A DNA stretch of 64,000 bases from the NCBI GenBank assembly GCA_964187785.1, contig OZ076417.1:48174001-48238000 (forward strand), in the 5' to 3' direction. The translations under genes were made by a program, and so were the position numbers. The notes beneath the pieces were generated by a model. The model was not told where the DNA came from. It saw nothing but the letters and a program-made list of their open reading frames with translations, and made no database searches. This document shows, one piece after another, positions 34,764 to 48,500 of the stretch; within the stretch, counting starts at the first letter, position 1; every line of letters begins with the position of its first letter. This DNA comes from Amphiscolops sp. MND2022. Its lineage: Eukaryota.

Positions 34764-37059
34764 TTTGAAGGCTCTGAAAGAGATGACATCCTCCTGTCAA
34801 GTTTAAAGTTTAATAGTCTTCATAAATATATCAGAAAAGACTTCATGATATGCCAGAGCCGAGACCCAGATACGTTGGAATTTTCTATGCTTAGTTTTCA
34901 AATATAGAAGACATTATACAAAAATCTACTGAACCATAATTTTCAAGAAAGGAAGTGATGAGTTGAAAGTGCATACTTTTCTATGATGTTTTCCAATAAT
35001 AGAAGTGATCAATTGAGAAAACCCAACTTTGAAGCTTGTGTTTTGAAATGTGCCTTCGGAAAAAAAATCCATGTTCTTGTGATCGATTGTCGAAACAGGG
35101 CGGGCGGTTTCCCAGCAATTTAAAGTCGAGGTCTTGTAGCGTAATCAATTATTCTGATAACGTTAGTGCGAACCTTCAGAAAATGTGAACATGTCTTTCT
35201 CATTTCGTTCTTTCTTTTAATGTGTCGAAGATGTCAATTGATGTGTCGAAGATGTCAACAAGTAGGAACATAAATTTTCGGCGGCGCCGAAAAACGCCGA
35301 AAATTAGGCAAATTGCACCGAAATTTGTCTTATCAACTCTTTTGATTTTCCAATGTGCAAGGACCAATAAAAGCCACGTACGCTTTCTTGCGTATCGTTT
35401 TTCTGTCAAATACGGCATAGTAGACCTATATAGGTTTTATTCATTGCAGATTAATGTATTATGCCTAGACAGGCTGTAACAACCTTACATGTGCAGCTAG
35501 CACATCATGATTTCCTTAAAGTTCTGACCTATCGCAAAACACTGGACTTTATTTCAAGGTTTTCTGAATCGAGAATGAGCCGATGCTGACTTAGTCGAGG
35601 ATATGAAAAACGAAGAGCTGATACAGCGTGTAAGCTTCGTTATAGGATTTTCTTTTTTCGCGACTTTATCAAGTAATCCGAAACAAAAAATTAGACGGTG
35701 CTCATGGCGCAGAAAACCATCCAGGGCTTTACCACAAATCTAATTGATCTGGAGAATGCGGAGCCAAAAATACTGTGACTGATGTTGTCTTGGCGAAGTT
35801 GAACGAGGTTGGGGCAAAATGTACGGAGTACGGTTGGCCGCAGATCTTGCATCAGAAAGAGGAATCAAAGAACCGGTGGAAATGGGCTACTTTGTTTTTC
35901 GTCCGGCTCAAAATATTGACGTCGAGATAATTATTTCTATACTGAACTCTTCGTCAATTTAAGTTGTCGCTGAAATCAATTTTTTTCGCCGAAAACAGGG
36001 ATGGTTGCGCCGTAGCCGGCAGCCGAATGTTTCTGTTCCCATTGACAAGTTTACTGGGAGTGTTAAAAGTATTGTTGAAACGTTTGATGACAACTATTTG
36101 TTGCTCCCATAGCTCAAACTTTTTATGAATTCGGTTTTTTGTTTGACTCACTATTAACTGTTCTTTAGAGCTTAAACCACTACTTTGATCGTATTTTTGT
36201 CGTATTTTTGACATTCACTTTTCCAGCTGCAACCATAGGCTACTTTGGATATTTTGTATGCAAAACATAGGTACTCTTTCTTTCATTTGAAAATGACATG
36301 TCATTACGCCAGCACACTTCGATCAAAGCCTAAAACACTTCAGAGCTTGAGTCATCCCCGCATTTGACACCTTGACTCTTTTTGGTAACTGAAGCTTGAA
36401 TCACTTCTGAGTAGGAATTGAGATTCCGTAAAACTCGAAAAAAATAAGTTTCCAAAACTTGTGCATTCCATTTGTTTTGTCGTCCTTGTGTTGGCTAATG
36501 TGTTGTCAAAGTCACTAACGGTGCTTTTTAGCTCTAATCGCGGTGTGTTTGCGTAATGGGTCAACTTCAAATGATAGGCAAAGAGCCAATTTGGACAAAC
36601 CTCTACAAGTCAGGATAAAAAAACGGATCTTTTTGAAGTAGGTTTTAACTTCTCTTCTCTTCAAGAGTGCGCAGAAAAAAATCTTCATAATTTTTTTGTT
36701 TTAGTGTCTATCGCTGAATTAGAGAAAATGGATCAATTGGAGTTAACCTTTTGCCTTATACGGGCAAATAGTAAACTTTTTGAAGCCTTTCAAGGTTTTT
36801 TAGGCTAATTCGTTATGATTCTGACTCACAAAAAAATTATTTCGTTAAGCTTCTGACAGAAATCGGGTCGGACTGCGATGAAAACAACTGTTCGAGTGCA
36901 TGCGGAGTGCAAAAGACGACCTGAAAAAATGCTCAAACATCAGACGTTAGAATCATTGTCAGAATCGGGAGACCATTCATAACTACCAATAACTGCTTTC
37001 ATTCAGTCTGGAATGCTGTCAGATAGTTTGTGAATGGTCTCTTGACTAATCGAATCCCA

Positions 37060-37720
37060 AATTTCTCCGAATGCTTCATCTAAATTATCCCAGAAAAATG
37101 TTTGTTCTTCAAGCCTTCTTTAACAATAGCCCACAGGTTCTCGATAATTTTCAAATAGGGACTGTAGGGTGGTCAATCGAGGACTTTCACTAATTATCGA
37201 AGAGAAGCTTCTCCTTATATTCGATGCGGTGCGCGTTGAATGAACTGGTGCGTTGTCTCGTTCGAGGAGCAAACCTGGAAAATTCCTTTTTTTGTCGTAT
37301 TGTTTCAGAAGTTCGAGAAAACTGGCGCTGTTTAGGTCATTCTGACACTTTACGTTCGGTTGACACATTCTTCACAAGGTTTTGTGATTTAAGGTTTCTT
37401 TCGTAAAACTCTAATTTTTCCGTCAGTACTGAGCTTTACCCGGATATCGCCAATAAAAACCACGGAAAACCAAAACGCTGTTCCTTTTTTCATCAATTTT
37501 GTGGCCTGTCACTCGTGATGTGATGTGTGTCGTGGACGTCTTGTACATGCGATTGTTGTTATTTTATGTTACTTTTAGCGATCGTTTTGCCTTCTCCCTT
37601 TTTGTGAGATGATGGCACAGTTGTAGTTTTTTCGGTACGCCCGACACGAGGCGAAGCCTACGAACTATCGGGAGTTTGCCTTTGGGTTGCTTACTTCTGT
37701 AAAAGATAGACATTTACCTT
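37060..37720 (-). pseudogene. Degraded Tc1/mariner transposase
   Basis: DEK, DNAPVH and *PPYSPYLKIIENLWAIVK correspond to the Tc1 D, D and WP..SPDLNPIENLW motifs; frameshifted. Confidence 0.8.
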
Positions 37721-37769
37721 GAGCTGTTATTAATGCGTTCTCCCCATATAGCGTTTACATGGTATTTTG

Positions 37770-40700
37770 AGATTTGATGGTAAGATTTCTCTTTGGTAGT
37801 TTTCATGTTAATATGTTCTTTAAATGGGGAAAAATTTTTGTCGTCACAAAAACCAGTGCGAAACCAACATGAATCCACTTGCTAAAGAGCAAGCTTCAAC
37901 CGAATTTAACCAGTCACACAGACACGCTTTTTTTACGACGAGCCCACACAAATTCCAGCATGAATGGTAGGTGAAATGGGTGGGGTGTGGTTGTGTAAGT
38001 GCAAGGTTTAGCACGCAGCTGATCATTTCTGTTAGTTCGGCTAATAGTTTGGGAACGAGTTTGTCGTTCGCGTTTCGGCACATTGGTATTGGTTGTTTCA
38101 CGTTCAAAGTAGTTGTTTCCCATTCTTGCTATTCGGAGTTTGGTTTAAAATGAATCAATCGTATTTTGTTTGCGTTTACGTTACATGTATTCCCGCGCTA
38201 GGTTGGCTGTGATGATTGACGTTCACGGTCATTGCATTACAGTTTGGAAGCGTTGTTTGTTCTCAGGCGGCAGATAGTCAGCTGTGTAGCAGACAACCTT
38301 GGTTATGACGACGGGAACATGTGCGTTACTTGGTCAAGTCTTTGTTAAGCTAAGTATGACTTTGAAAGGTACTTTGTTAAGGCTTGACTGATGCGTGACT
38401 TTATGAATTTGAAGCTGGAAAGACGTGCCGTAATTACAGAGCAATTATTTTTTTGATATTTATAGCTTATGAAATGACTTTCGTTAGCGGTCGTTAATTT
38501 CATGTGAAACGTTCAAGCGTGTGTAACTATTTAAGGAAAGACTTGAGATTCTTTTTCTCTTTAGGTGGTGGTGTTTTCGTTGCTAATATTATATGTATTT
38601 TTAGTAGAAAGTGTAAAGGTTTCTGTTTTTCAGAAACAGCTGTTGGGGTGCAAGTGTACCGTGTAGTTCATGCATCAAGAAATCAGTGTATGTGGTAGGA
38701 TTTGGATTGTGTCTCTGGCCGTACCGTGATTGTATTTCGAGTAGGTACCATGGGGCGTTCAGTTGCTGTATAGTCGTTATTTTTTGGTTCAGGGTTGGTG
38801 ATGCTAACGTTGTCCGGGTGTTGTTTCCGTGTTTCAGCTTGGCTTTCAGGTATCGAACGATTGTTGTCAGGCTCGATGTTTTGTCTCTCATAATAGATGA
38901 TGACGTGATCAGGTTGCAGTTCTTCAAATTCCGATTAGTCAGGAATTGCTTGGTGTGGCTGTTTTGTTATGGGTGTTGGTTTTCGGCTGTCGAACAGGTC
39001 TTTTTCATTGAGGGCGTCAGGGTCCTCGAAGTATTGAATTGGATCATCAGTGATGTCTGTGATTGGTGCATTAGGTGTGAATGGGCGGATCATCATTCTG
39101 TGAAGGCATTGTTTGCGGATATTACCAACTTTGCGGATTATGATGTTTGAATTGGATAAGACTAACAACTTTGTAGGGCACTCCCACTTAAATGCCTTAA
39201 AGGGAATTTTTCAGATCGATTAGACAGTCTTTTGTTGAGCAGGAAGGTGAAGTCATTTATTTTCAGAGGTGACGCTTGTGCCTTTCGGTCATAGTAGTTT
39301 TTGTCTCTATGGAAAGCTTTAACCATGTTAGTGTGTGTTTCCTGGACTTTTTTCTTCATAGTATCCACTATCCCAGTGGCGTCGGTCGTGTTACACGGTT
39401 CCCTCAACGCATTTCCGATTTTAACGTTAAACGTTAGTCGACCGTGCAAAATCTCGCTGTGTGGATATCGAAATGCTTGGTGAGTGTTGTGTGCCTTTAC
39501 AGCCATGTTGACAGCCATGTTGCTGAAACTTTATTGTTATGGATCTGTTCCAGTTATTGGTGGGAAAGTTCTACCATTCCAATAGTTTGCAAGTGCTTCA
39601 CAGTTGCATGCTCGATTTTGATGCCGGCAGATTCCATGAGTGAGTTAAACAGTTGGGATCTGAACGTGGATCCTTTGTCAGTCAGGATGGTTTTCGGTAC
39701 GTATGAAAGCGGCGTGAAAATTTGCATTAGCGCTTTTACGTGTGTAAGTCTGTTTAAAAGTTGGAGTTCAACCACTAAAGTGATTTCTAATATGTCTTCT
39801 GACCCGTTACAGGGGTCGTAGATCTGCGTAGATCTGCTGTAATGGAGGTGTGGAGGCAATTTTTCGGATTGGTTTGGAACGGAAGCAGTCTCTACAGTTC
39901 GCAACGTATTGCAAGACTAGTTCAGCGAGGTTAGGTGAATAGTACTTTTTGCGGTGTTTGTGTACCACGTTGCTACTGCCTGGGCGGCCTTGCAGGGGGT
40001 CGTTGTGTAATGACTGGACGATTTGACGGATTGTTTCAGGAGGGAAAACGATTTGTTTACATTTACTTATACCCGTACCATCAAAAAAGTTCCTGTACGA
40101 ATCGTTGTTTCCCCTTTCGAGCCTGGTCTCGTTTTTTTCTAGTTTTTTGGAAAAACTGGCTTCCAAAGCTAGCATGATTAGGTGGCGTTCGTTTTGACTA
40201 AAAATTCTAGTCATGCGTTGGATGTCAGAGTTTTCAAGTTGTTCTTGGACTATTCGGAAATTCCCATTTGGGCATACCTGGTTTAACACGGTGTTATCAT
40301 GCTTGCGGGTGAATCTGGTGAACGTCATCTCGTCATGTTGCACGTGATGATGGGCGTAATTTGATGACGGATGTTTCTCTTCTCTCTCGAAACTGTTCTC
40401 CCTGTTCGTTGTTGTCTTGGGGAACCTGGTCTAGTAGGCGTTGATGGCATCGTTGTGCTTTGAGGTGGTAGTGACGTCATCAGGAAGGTAGTCTTTTTCG
40501 TCTTCTTCTTGCTTCGGGGTTTTGGATGACAGGTTGATCTCAACGTGGAGGACTGGGATCTCGTCGTTGCCTTTGAAGTGTATCTGTTCATCTGATCGAT
40601 TATCAAGCCGTGACAGTTAGTCAGCTTCAGAATTTTTGGTACCTGGCACGTGGGCAAGAACGAAGTCGAACTGGAGTGCTTTGTCACATTAGTCCTACAG

Positions 40701-42806
40701 CTTCGGTGGAATCCTTTTTAATTGGAAAAATCTGGTAAGTGCCTTGTTTTCTGTCATCACAGATGTTGATTTCTTGACTCCGCAGAATATGTGAGCAAAT
40801 TCATCGAAGGCAGAATGCATTGCTAGAAACTCCTTGGCGTACATTGTCCTTGACATTTGACCTTCTGTGAAGCGCTGTTACCTGAATGCAACTAAATCAT
40901 ATGACTTCATAGCGCCGATGCCTGACTCAGTGTGGTCTTCTATCAGAAGCACATATCCAGCGGTATGCTCGCTTGCGTCGCAAATGATCACTAGTTGCTT
41001 GACAGGTAGTGGGAGGCGTAATGACAGTTTGGCAGCTTTGGCCTGGTTTTATTGATCTCGAAGGTTGTGTTCTTGTGTTGTTGTGGCTTACATCACTGTC
41101 CTTTTCGGGATAAGTTTGTGTTGTCATCTCACTTGCTGACTTTTAGCAGTGTTGGGCTCATTGGAAGTCTCTTACAAAATCCCGGTTTTCAGTGGTCGTT
41201 TGTTTACTGTGGGGCGCACACTCCCAAAGGTTGATGTGCTGGTTATCCGGAATCGACAGTCTTTCGCAGATTTACCTACGTATCAGCATATCTGGCAGAC
41301 CAACTTGGAAAGGAATTTCGGGCGGAACTCCTGCTGGTGTTGGTTCTAACGTTCTGGGGCCGTTGTCGTCTGCGTATTGTTGTGGGCGATCGATTCGTCC
41401 CATTGACGTTTGCGGCACTCGTCCCATTCATGCACACAGATTGACCAACATCTGCAAGTACCGTCAAACTTCTTTTTGCGCTGTGTTCTGTCATTGTCGC
41501 TTCTTTTTTGCGTCTCACGTTTATGTTCGTGTTCCGCTGCCTGGACTGCTTGGTTCAATAGTTTTAGGAGCTTTTTTTGGTAGCAGTTGGGCAAACTGGT
41601 ACCATCTCGGGACAAATGTCTTGATCTCCTCTATGATTGCATTGTGCTTTGCTGCCATTGCCGGTTCATTTTGTACTTGGAAGCTTGTTTAGCAATTTTT
41701 TGTAGTTTGACAAGAAAGTGTTGAAAGATTCGGTCGCCGGGTAGTATCGGAGTTGATAGAATTTGAACTTTGAAACTTCCGTTAGTTCGTCCTTTGCATA
41801 CTTTTTTTGAAGGCAGCCAGAGTATCTCGGAGAGTCTCGGTGTTGATCTTCAATGTTTGCAAAAATTCAATGACGTCATCCCGCAAGAGGCTCTGGAAAT
41901 AGTTACGTTTCTGTTTTTCGGTGAGTTTAAGAGCAAGCTGTTGAAGGTGGTTAAGTAGTAAATGCTCGAACTTGTTGTGCCTCTCTCGATTTCCTTTGAA
42001 CAGTGGAACTTGGGTTTAAAAAATTTTCGGTTGAGTGATGGTATCCCCCATATGGTATCCCCGAGCTGCGTAGATGGTGAATTTCAGTCATGACGTCTGT
42101 GAGCTGAGTTGTAGTTCGTATGTTCCATGGAGTCCCGTTTGGTGGAGATGTTCGCGGGAAAATCTGCAGATAGGGTTGCGGACACCTGTCATCATGTCGG
42201 AGCGGTCGTTAGGTTCAGATGATAACTTGTTTAAGCCGTTCCCTTCTCTAGTATTAGAGGATAACCTTTCGGTAAGTGATAACCTCGGATCATGTCTGAG
42301 AACCTTCGTTCAATATTGTTGTTTTAGAAATCATTGTTTCTTTTCAGTATATCACTTTCATCAAGTTCAATCACTTTAGCTCCGGAGAGTACTTTACGTA
42401 AACTTTTTTCGCTTTCGTTGACGCTCATTATCTCTTGTGTTGGTAAGTTATATTCCTGTTCGTTTGCGAACTGGTTATTACCATATGTGTAAAACGATGG
42501 AGCATTGAAGGTTTATTGTTAGAAAGGAGGTGAAGGTGAATGAAGTTATGGAATGAGATTTATTGCGATTTTACAAAGCGAGTTAGCAACTTACAGTAGT
42601 GGTTACAAAAGTTGTAATGGCTTCTTATTGGACTTGACGCTTTAATACTTCCAGCGTCTTAAGATCTTTTGTACTTACTGGTACTGAACCATTTACAGCG
42701 CTATTATCATCAAGTGTTAATTAGCACCAACTACAAACTTGGTTGAGAAGAAGGACCGCGTGTCTCGGTCGTCGTAGCATCCAATTATCGTACTTGTTAT
42801 CACACA
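37770..42806 (-). mobile_element. Decayed Ty3/Gypsy element lacking protease and RT, with a Cys-rich region after integrase
   Basis: Candidate LTR 42486-42806 (TGTGT...ACACA) and TGG PBS at 42483. Gag fragments 42430-41250, RNase H about 41050-40600 (YAKEFLAMH), IN zinc finger 39807-40343, IN core 39554-39904 (ILTDKGSTF). Confidence 0.85.
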
Positions 42807-44899
42807 GCTACTATACGCTTTGGTAGTTTTAGCACCTACTCAAGCAAGTGCAAAACTGGGTTTAAAGTTACGACTGTGTGACTGTTATGACTGTCATGAC
42901 AACTTCATACTCATATTGCGCTTGAGGACAAATACTATGACTGAATGTATATGTGATAAAATGAATGTGTACATGTCGAAATTTGATAAACTCTATAATC
43001 ACGTGATGATAGTTGAAAAATGAATATGATGACTGTGTGTTCCAGTCCTATATGTGTGGATATCTGGCTAAATATGAGATGGAAAGCCTCGAACTGTTGA
43101 AATGTTATTGACGACTATTGACATCAGTCAATATATTTACAACAAGTATAGTTAAATCGAATGGAATAAAATGGTAATCATCATAATAATGGACGCACAA
43201 GCTAGTGTGTTAATGACTGATAATTGCAATCATACTTGCATGCACATTCAACATAAAATACAAGTTTAGAATCATTGTTGAAGTATTGCATCGACGACTG
43301 GCTATTTCCGTCGTGTTCGCACGTATATTTAATTAGAATAGTAAAGGTTGAAATTTCCTTGGATTAATGACTTGGAATTCAAGGCATACGTTTCTCTCTT
43401 CATGACATTCGGGCAGGACACATTCGTTCAAGGAGCTTGAGAAAAGATAGAATGTAAACACAACTGGGAAATATTTTTATGACAGTTTCTGTAAGAGTTT
43501 TAGAAAATCATATTAAAATTTGCTGGCAACATTAAAGTACAAAAAGTTCAAGCAGTGTCAACAAGGGATCTCAATCAAAAGCTATAGAAAAATTATAGAA
43601 AAGTGCATTTTTTGTTGTAAATATAAACAATTAGTAATATAACATAACAGTATTTGTCTTCCCTGCAAAAAAATTGTGGATGCTATGTACCTACGGTCTA
43701 GAAAGACAAGTTTTCTTACAATTTTTTTGTCTGTGCTCTAAATGTGTTTCAAGAGCAAAATGCCTGAACAAATTTGCTCCATCTATCGACGAGAATTAAT
43801 GATGAACCAAACATAATTTCCTTGTTAGAAAATCAGAGAATTTTTGTTTTTCGAAAAGATCAAAAGAATTTAAGAAAGCTGCAATTGACATCCTCCTCAA
43901 AACGTCTTGTTAGAATTATAAATGTGTGTGGTATAATTAGCACCATTATATAATGCAAATTTTAACATCACTTGATATCGCTTTTTTAATACAACACGTT
44001 GACGATAACGTTAATATGTAATCCCTTGAAGCTTTTTCAATCAAAATGCACCGTGAAGTTTCGTGTAGTGGATTGAATTTGGCAACTCGTGGGGTGGAAT
44101 TTATTCTTCTTCGAAGTAAAAAAATATGAGGTTCTTTGTCAATTGCACTTATTGCAGACAATGTAAACGATGTTACAGTTTTGTTTGATAGAGATATGTC
44201 TGCCTTCACCGTTCTGTCTGGTAAAACGTAGATTCTTGTACTCCAAGAAACCTCTGACAGAAGATAGTTAGACTTTATGTGAAAACCTTGAAAAATCTAA
44301 TTTATCTTTGGTAATTCCTCCTAATTGAACTGAGGTAACGAAAAATTAGCTCGCTGTAACGTGTTTTGTTTTCAATGAAAAACACGAAATCGATTTTGTA
44401 CAAACGTACTGTGACATTTTCAGAGTCAAGAAAAAGAAAAAAATCCGTGATTACCAAGCACGCTTATCGTTCCCCAATAAGCCGTAGATACAATTATAAT
44501 ATAAAAACATGTATAAATGTAGACATACAAATTGTATTAGATAGAAATATAGAAAACTTTTGTAGGAGACACTCTTGTTTAATCAGTGACGGTTTTATCA
44601 GATAACTCAACACGATTTTTGTAATTTTAGGCCATGGTTTTTTAAACTACTCTATAAACAAAAGTTTAATACTCAAGTTACTCAAGAAGTTGAATCAATT
44701 TTGAAGTTCGTGGTATAGGACTCATTGGGAAAGTTGTTTGATTTAAAGAAAAACTAGAGATGGAATAACGTGCGAACTGTCTGTTGATATCCTGTCAATC
44801 CGATAGTTCGTTGACGCATGTACCAAGAGGGCTAAAAAGCTTCCAAACTGGGAAAGCAAAAAGTTCGAAGCATCAGACTATAACGACCAATCAGTTGGT

Positions 44900-45900
44900 T
44901 GTAATAAAACTCAAATCGTTTGAGATTAATGAAACGGCTAAACGAGTTTGACAACCTTGAGTTGATTCAGAGCCGATTTATTTCGTCGTCACGTTTGTTT
45001 CCTCTCTATTTACAAAATTGGCCGAAGTTTTTGAAAGTATTCTGGAAGTATCTGTTAATCATGATTTAGTGTGAAGGCTACCGCTAAATGGCTTTTGCAT
45101 TTCTCGAAACAATGTTGAAATCGTGGGCCAAAAATGGAGTCAAATAGGAATAAACAAGAAATCTAAGCACTGGTTCTTCGACGTTTGTTGTTCTGTTTGC
45201 ACTCTAGTGGGTCAAATTGACTGCTTTGGGTGCTGTCGTAACCTAAGCTGATGTCTTGAGCGACAATTGAGCTCTCTATTCTGTGGTTTTCCCCGTTACA
45301 TTGACATGGACCCATTTTAGAACATTCTACATGGGTTTTGCGTCGGATACAGTCCGTTTGATTGAAATTTCACTTTTGCACTCAAACCGTTACATTGCAT
45401 TCAAGGGTTTTTTGAAGTAATGGGAATACATTTTCAGTAATTGATGAGCTTATAGCCAGAAGTATTTGTGTTTGTGAAACTAATTTCATCTTTTCTTGGA
45501 GACCTGAGTTGCAATGTCACAGTTTATTGTTCTAGTTGTTTCAGCAGTGATCAAAATATTCTCACAACTCTCAGTGATCAAAAACTACCTTAGGTCTCCT
45601 CCTATAGGATTGGTGATCCTCTGCAGTCCTCTTGGAGAAGTTTCCCAACATTACATCATGCTTTCCGAATCAGACATTTTGTCTGATTGTCTTGAACGCT
45701 TATCTTTAGCCTTTTGTTTCCTAGTAGAATGCATTGCAAATTATAAGCAAGGAGTCAAACTTGAATTTTCAACAAATGTCAATGACAATTATTCAGGAGT
45801 GTAGTGTTTGCAATGCAGTGTTAACAGCTCAAAAATGATTATTCCTTCAATGAGTAGCAGCTATTTATACTTGGCGTAGCATGACACGCCTACATTAAGG
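44900..45900 (-). mobile_element. Relic of the MPSTRxQK-type LTR/gag
   Basis: ATG at 45734 reads MHSTRKQKAKDKRSRQSDKMSD...; heavily mutated downstream. Confidence 0.55.
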
Positions 45901-46339
45901 TGTCGTGGAGCTCTATGGGACTATGACATCATAATAGCTATATTTAGCTGGAAACGTAACACAAACATAACGTCATATTTTACAGCGGTTCTAAAAATCG
46001 TAACAACGCTGATTTTAACAACTTCTTTTCTGATGTGAAAAAAGCCTCATAAAAATTTCATTGCAAAAATAATTCTTGTTTTGGAGGTTTTTGGAGCAAT
46101 TGCATCAGTAAATTGGTCCCTTTGACAGCATCAAAGAAGAAAGTACAGCTAGTAGCGCACTCTGATTTGCCGGTTGCAATTTGGCCATCTTGTCAACTGA
46201 AGAAGATGTTTAGTTTAGTCCACTTGAACGCGTTTCCTTATTTTTAACAGCTATCTGCTCTACACCGTGATTTATTCACAATGCTTTATGAACATTCAAA
46301 ATGAAAAATTAAGCACTAGTTCACAACAGCATATATATT

Positions 46340-46900
46340 GTAAAGTGACAGCATGAAATAGTAAAGTCCGTATCTTCCCTAAGATTACAAGCGGCCCTTG
46401 AGTCCTTCTTTGTAAATTTTGTGTTTTCCAAGCATTACCAATGCCATCCTCATTTAATGACGTCTTTGGGTCATTTCGATTCATAGGCAAACTTCACACT
46501 TTACTCTGTATCTCCTGAACTACTCTACCATTTATAGCAGAACTTATGGCCCTTTTGATCTGCGACAGCATTAGGTCCATCAATAAATCCGTTTCTCGAG
46601 AAAACCTTGTATTCATTTCATCAGAAAATATATTATTAGATCTGATAGTCCTTCTTGTCTAATTGACCCGTTTCGTTTCTCAATATCTCTGATTTCGTTT
46701 TCGCGAGTTTTCTCTGTTTGGTAAGGACCTCAAGTCCTGCTGTTCTTCAGGGCGAATGATAATGCTATCAAGTTCTCACTCTTAAGAGGTTGTATTACAA
46801 TCGCCTAAAAAGACATCCATGTTGCCACCTAATAATGTCCATCGCTCCTGATTTTCTACTCTTGACCTTTTGATTTCTTTTAGAAGGCATGATTACTTGT
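46340..46900 (-). mobile_element. Relic of the MPSTRxQK-type LTR/gag
   Basis: ATG at 46890 reads MPSKRNQKVKSRKSGAMDI... Its 3' part (AAAGAAGGACTC...GATACGGAC) resembles the end of the 32400-33114 relic. Confidence 0.55.
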
Positions 46901-47429
46901 ACAGGAGGAAATATTAAAGATAATCCTGTGATATAATTTGTTAAATCAGGTTGTACAAGGAACACTCAAGAAAAGCAACTTGTATAGTAACGTATCGTGA
47001 TAACTTGTGTTATCGATTGCCTGGTTCGGGTATATATCCTCGAATAGACGTGCCACTCAAGTTTGCTGGGATCATGTTAGTAAAAATAGCTCCTGGCTCA
47101 AAATACTGACATTAGCTTCTTCTGATTATAGGAAAAGCCAATACGATTGGTTTAAGATCAAAGCTTAACACGATAGTGAAATAGGGGCAGTGGCGAGAGG
47201 CCTGTTAAGGCCTAGCAACTTATAAGGAACATCTAACAACATTTTACATATCAACATTTAATGTGTTCAGAATTCACCAGGTCACCCTGTCTACATGGCC
47301 GTATCAGGTTTTTCATGATATTTATGTTAAGTAAGGGACGTCCATAACGGAATTGCCACTTTCACTAATATATTAATAATGAAAAGGTTTTATTCAAGAA
47401 GAGTACCATCCAACGAATATGCAACACCA

Positions 47430-48500
47430 ACTGTAATAGATCTGTCCTTTTCGTTAGATATAAGATATTCCTTTTTGTTTAGATATGTCCAAAGAAGAGG
47501 TCGTGCCAGACTAAAGAAGGACGTCCGACCTGTTTCTCAGGTTTCACATTGAGCTGTTCTACTAACGAGAGTGTCTCCGCATAGATAGAGAGGACTCTCT
47601 AAAACTTTCCAAGACTCCAATTAGAGCCTCCGGTTCAGGAGTCCGGAGAAGGCCTTCATAAGACGACCAAAACCTTCAAATCTGCGCCCGTAATGGTTGT
47701 AGTAGGATGCCCATTAGGTCCAATTACCCAAGTTGCTGAAGAAATTTAGTCTGAGCAACCAATCAATCGCCGTCTCTTTTCGGACACCGGTGATGTAGCA
47801 GAAAGTTTTCACAGCTCTGGAGTTGATCAGCCAGTGGTCAAGCCTACCACAGTCACACTCGATCCAGCAGCTTTTCCTGAAAATGACGACAATTTGCATC
47901 TTTCGTCCGCGCATAGCGATGAAGAACAGGCCCGGTACCGCGCCAAAGTTTCCTCCTTTGTCAGGCAACTGACCGCAAGCGGGAGAAATGCCATACGGAA
48001 GAATTTTAGTCAGAATGTTCCGATCTCGTTGCCTGAAGGTCATCCAACCATCGCCCTTATTGACGGCCAGATTCACACTGTTCTGATGACTGTAGCCGAC
48101 GAGTCCGTAATCTCATCATTTCATTTGATGGAGTCCCTGTCGATAAAGGTAACAGAAGGGACCCCGCAAGACAAACGCCTATTACGAAATATTCTCCGCA
48201 GATCTGGGACCCCAGCTCCAGGATATGATTCCCGCTCAGCAGAGGAAAGTTCAATAGCTGAAAGTGACTGTTACACCAGTGGGGCATTCAATTCCGACGA
48301 GAACACTCACAACATCGAGAAGGCAATTCCCCTACCGTATCCGCCTTAACGAACCTCGAGTCGACGATCTCCAACCAGGGTTTGTCGAGAGTGCCTACTC
48401 CTGATATAGAGACCAGCTATTGCAGTGCCGATTATCATCCATTTGAATCCATCACCCAAGCACGGTCTCCTGTCACTGTAGTCGCTAGTCCTCCTCGCAA
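47430..48500 (+). pseudogene. Degraded ORF of unknown function, probably TE-borne, cut by the adjacent Gypsy fragment
   Basis: ORFs 47834..48349 and the start of 48382..48624 are Ser/Pro-rich and end in PPRKRR at the junction with the gag fragment. No domain recognised. Confidence 0.35.

Noticed and set aside
1025-37160. TGA at expected Trp positions (1025, 15269, about 37160) suggesting a UGA=Trp code
   Set aside because: Trp is TGG throughout GALNT, the GPCR and pol; TGA serves as a normal stop elsewhere; and a TAG for expected Trp occurs in the 48.9 kb gag. Ordinary G-to-A nonsense changes explain it.
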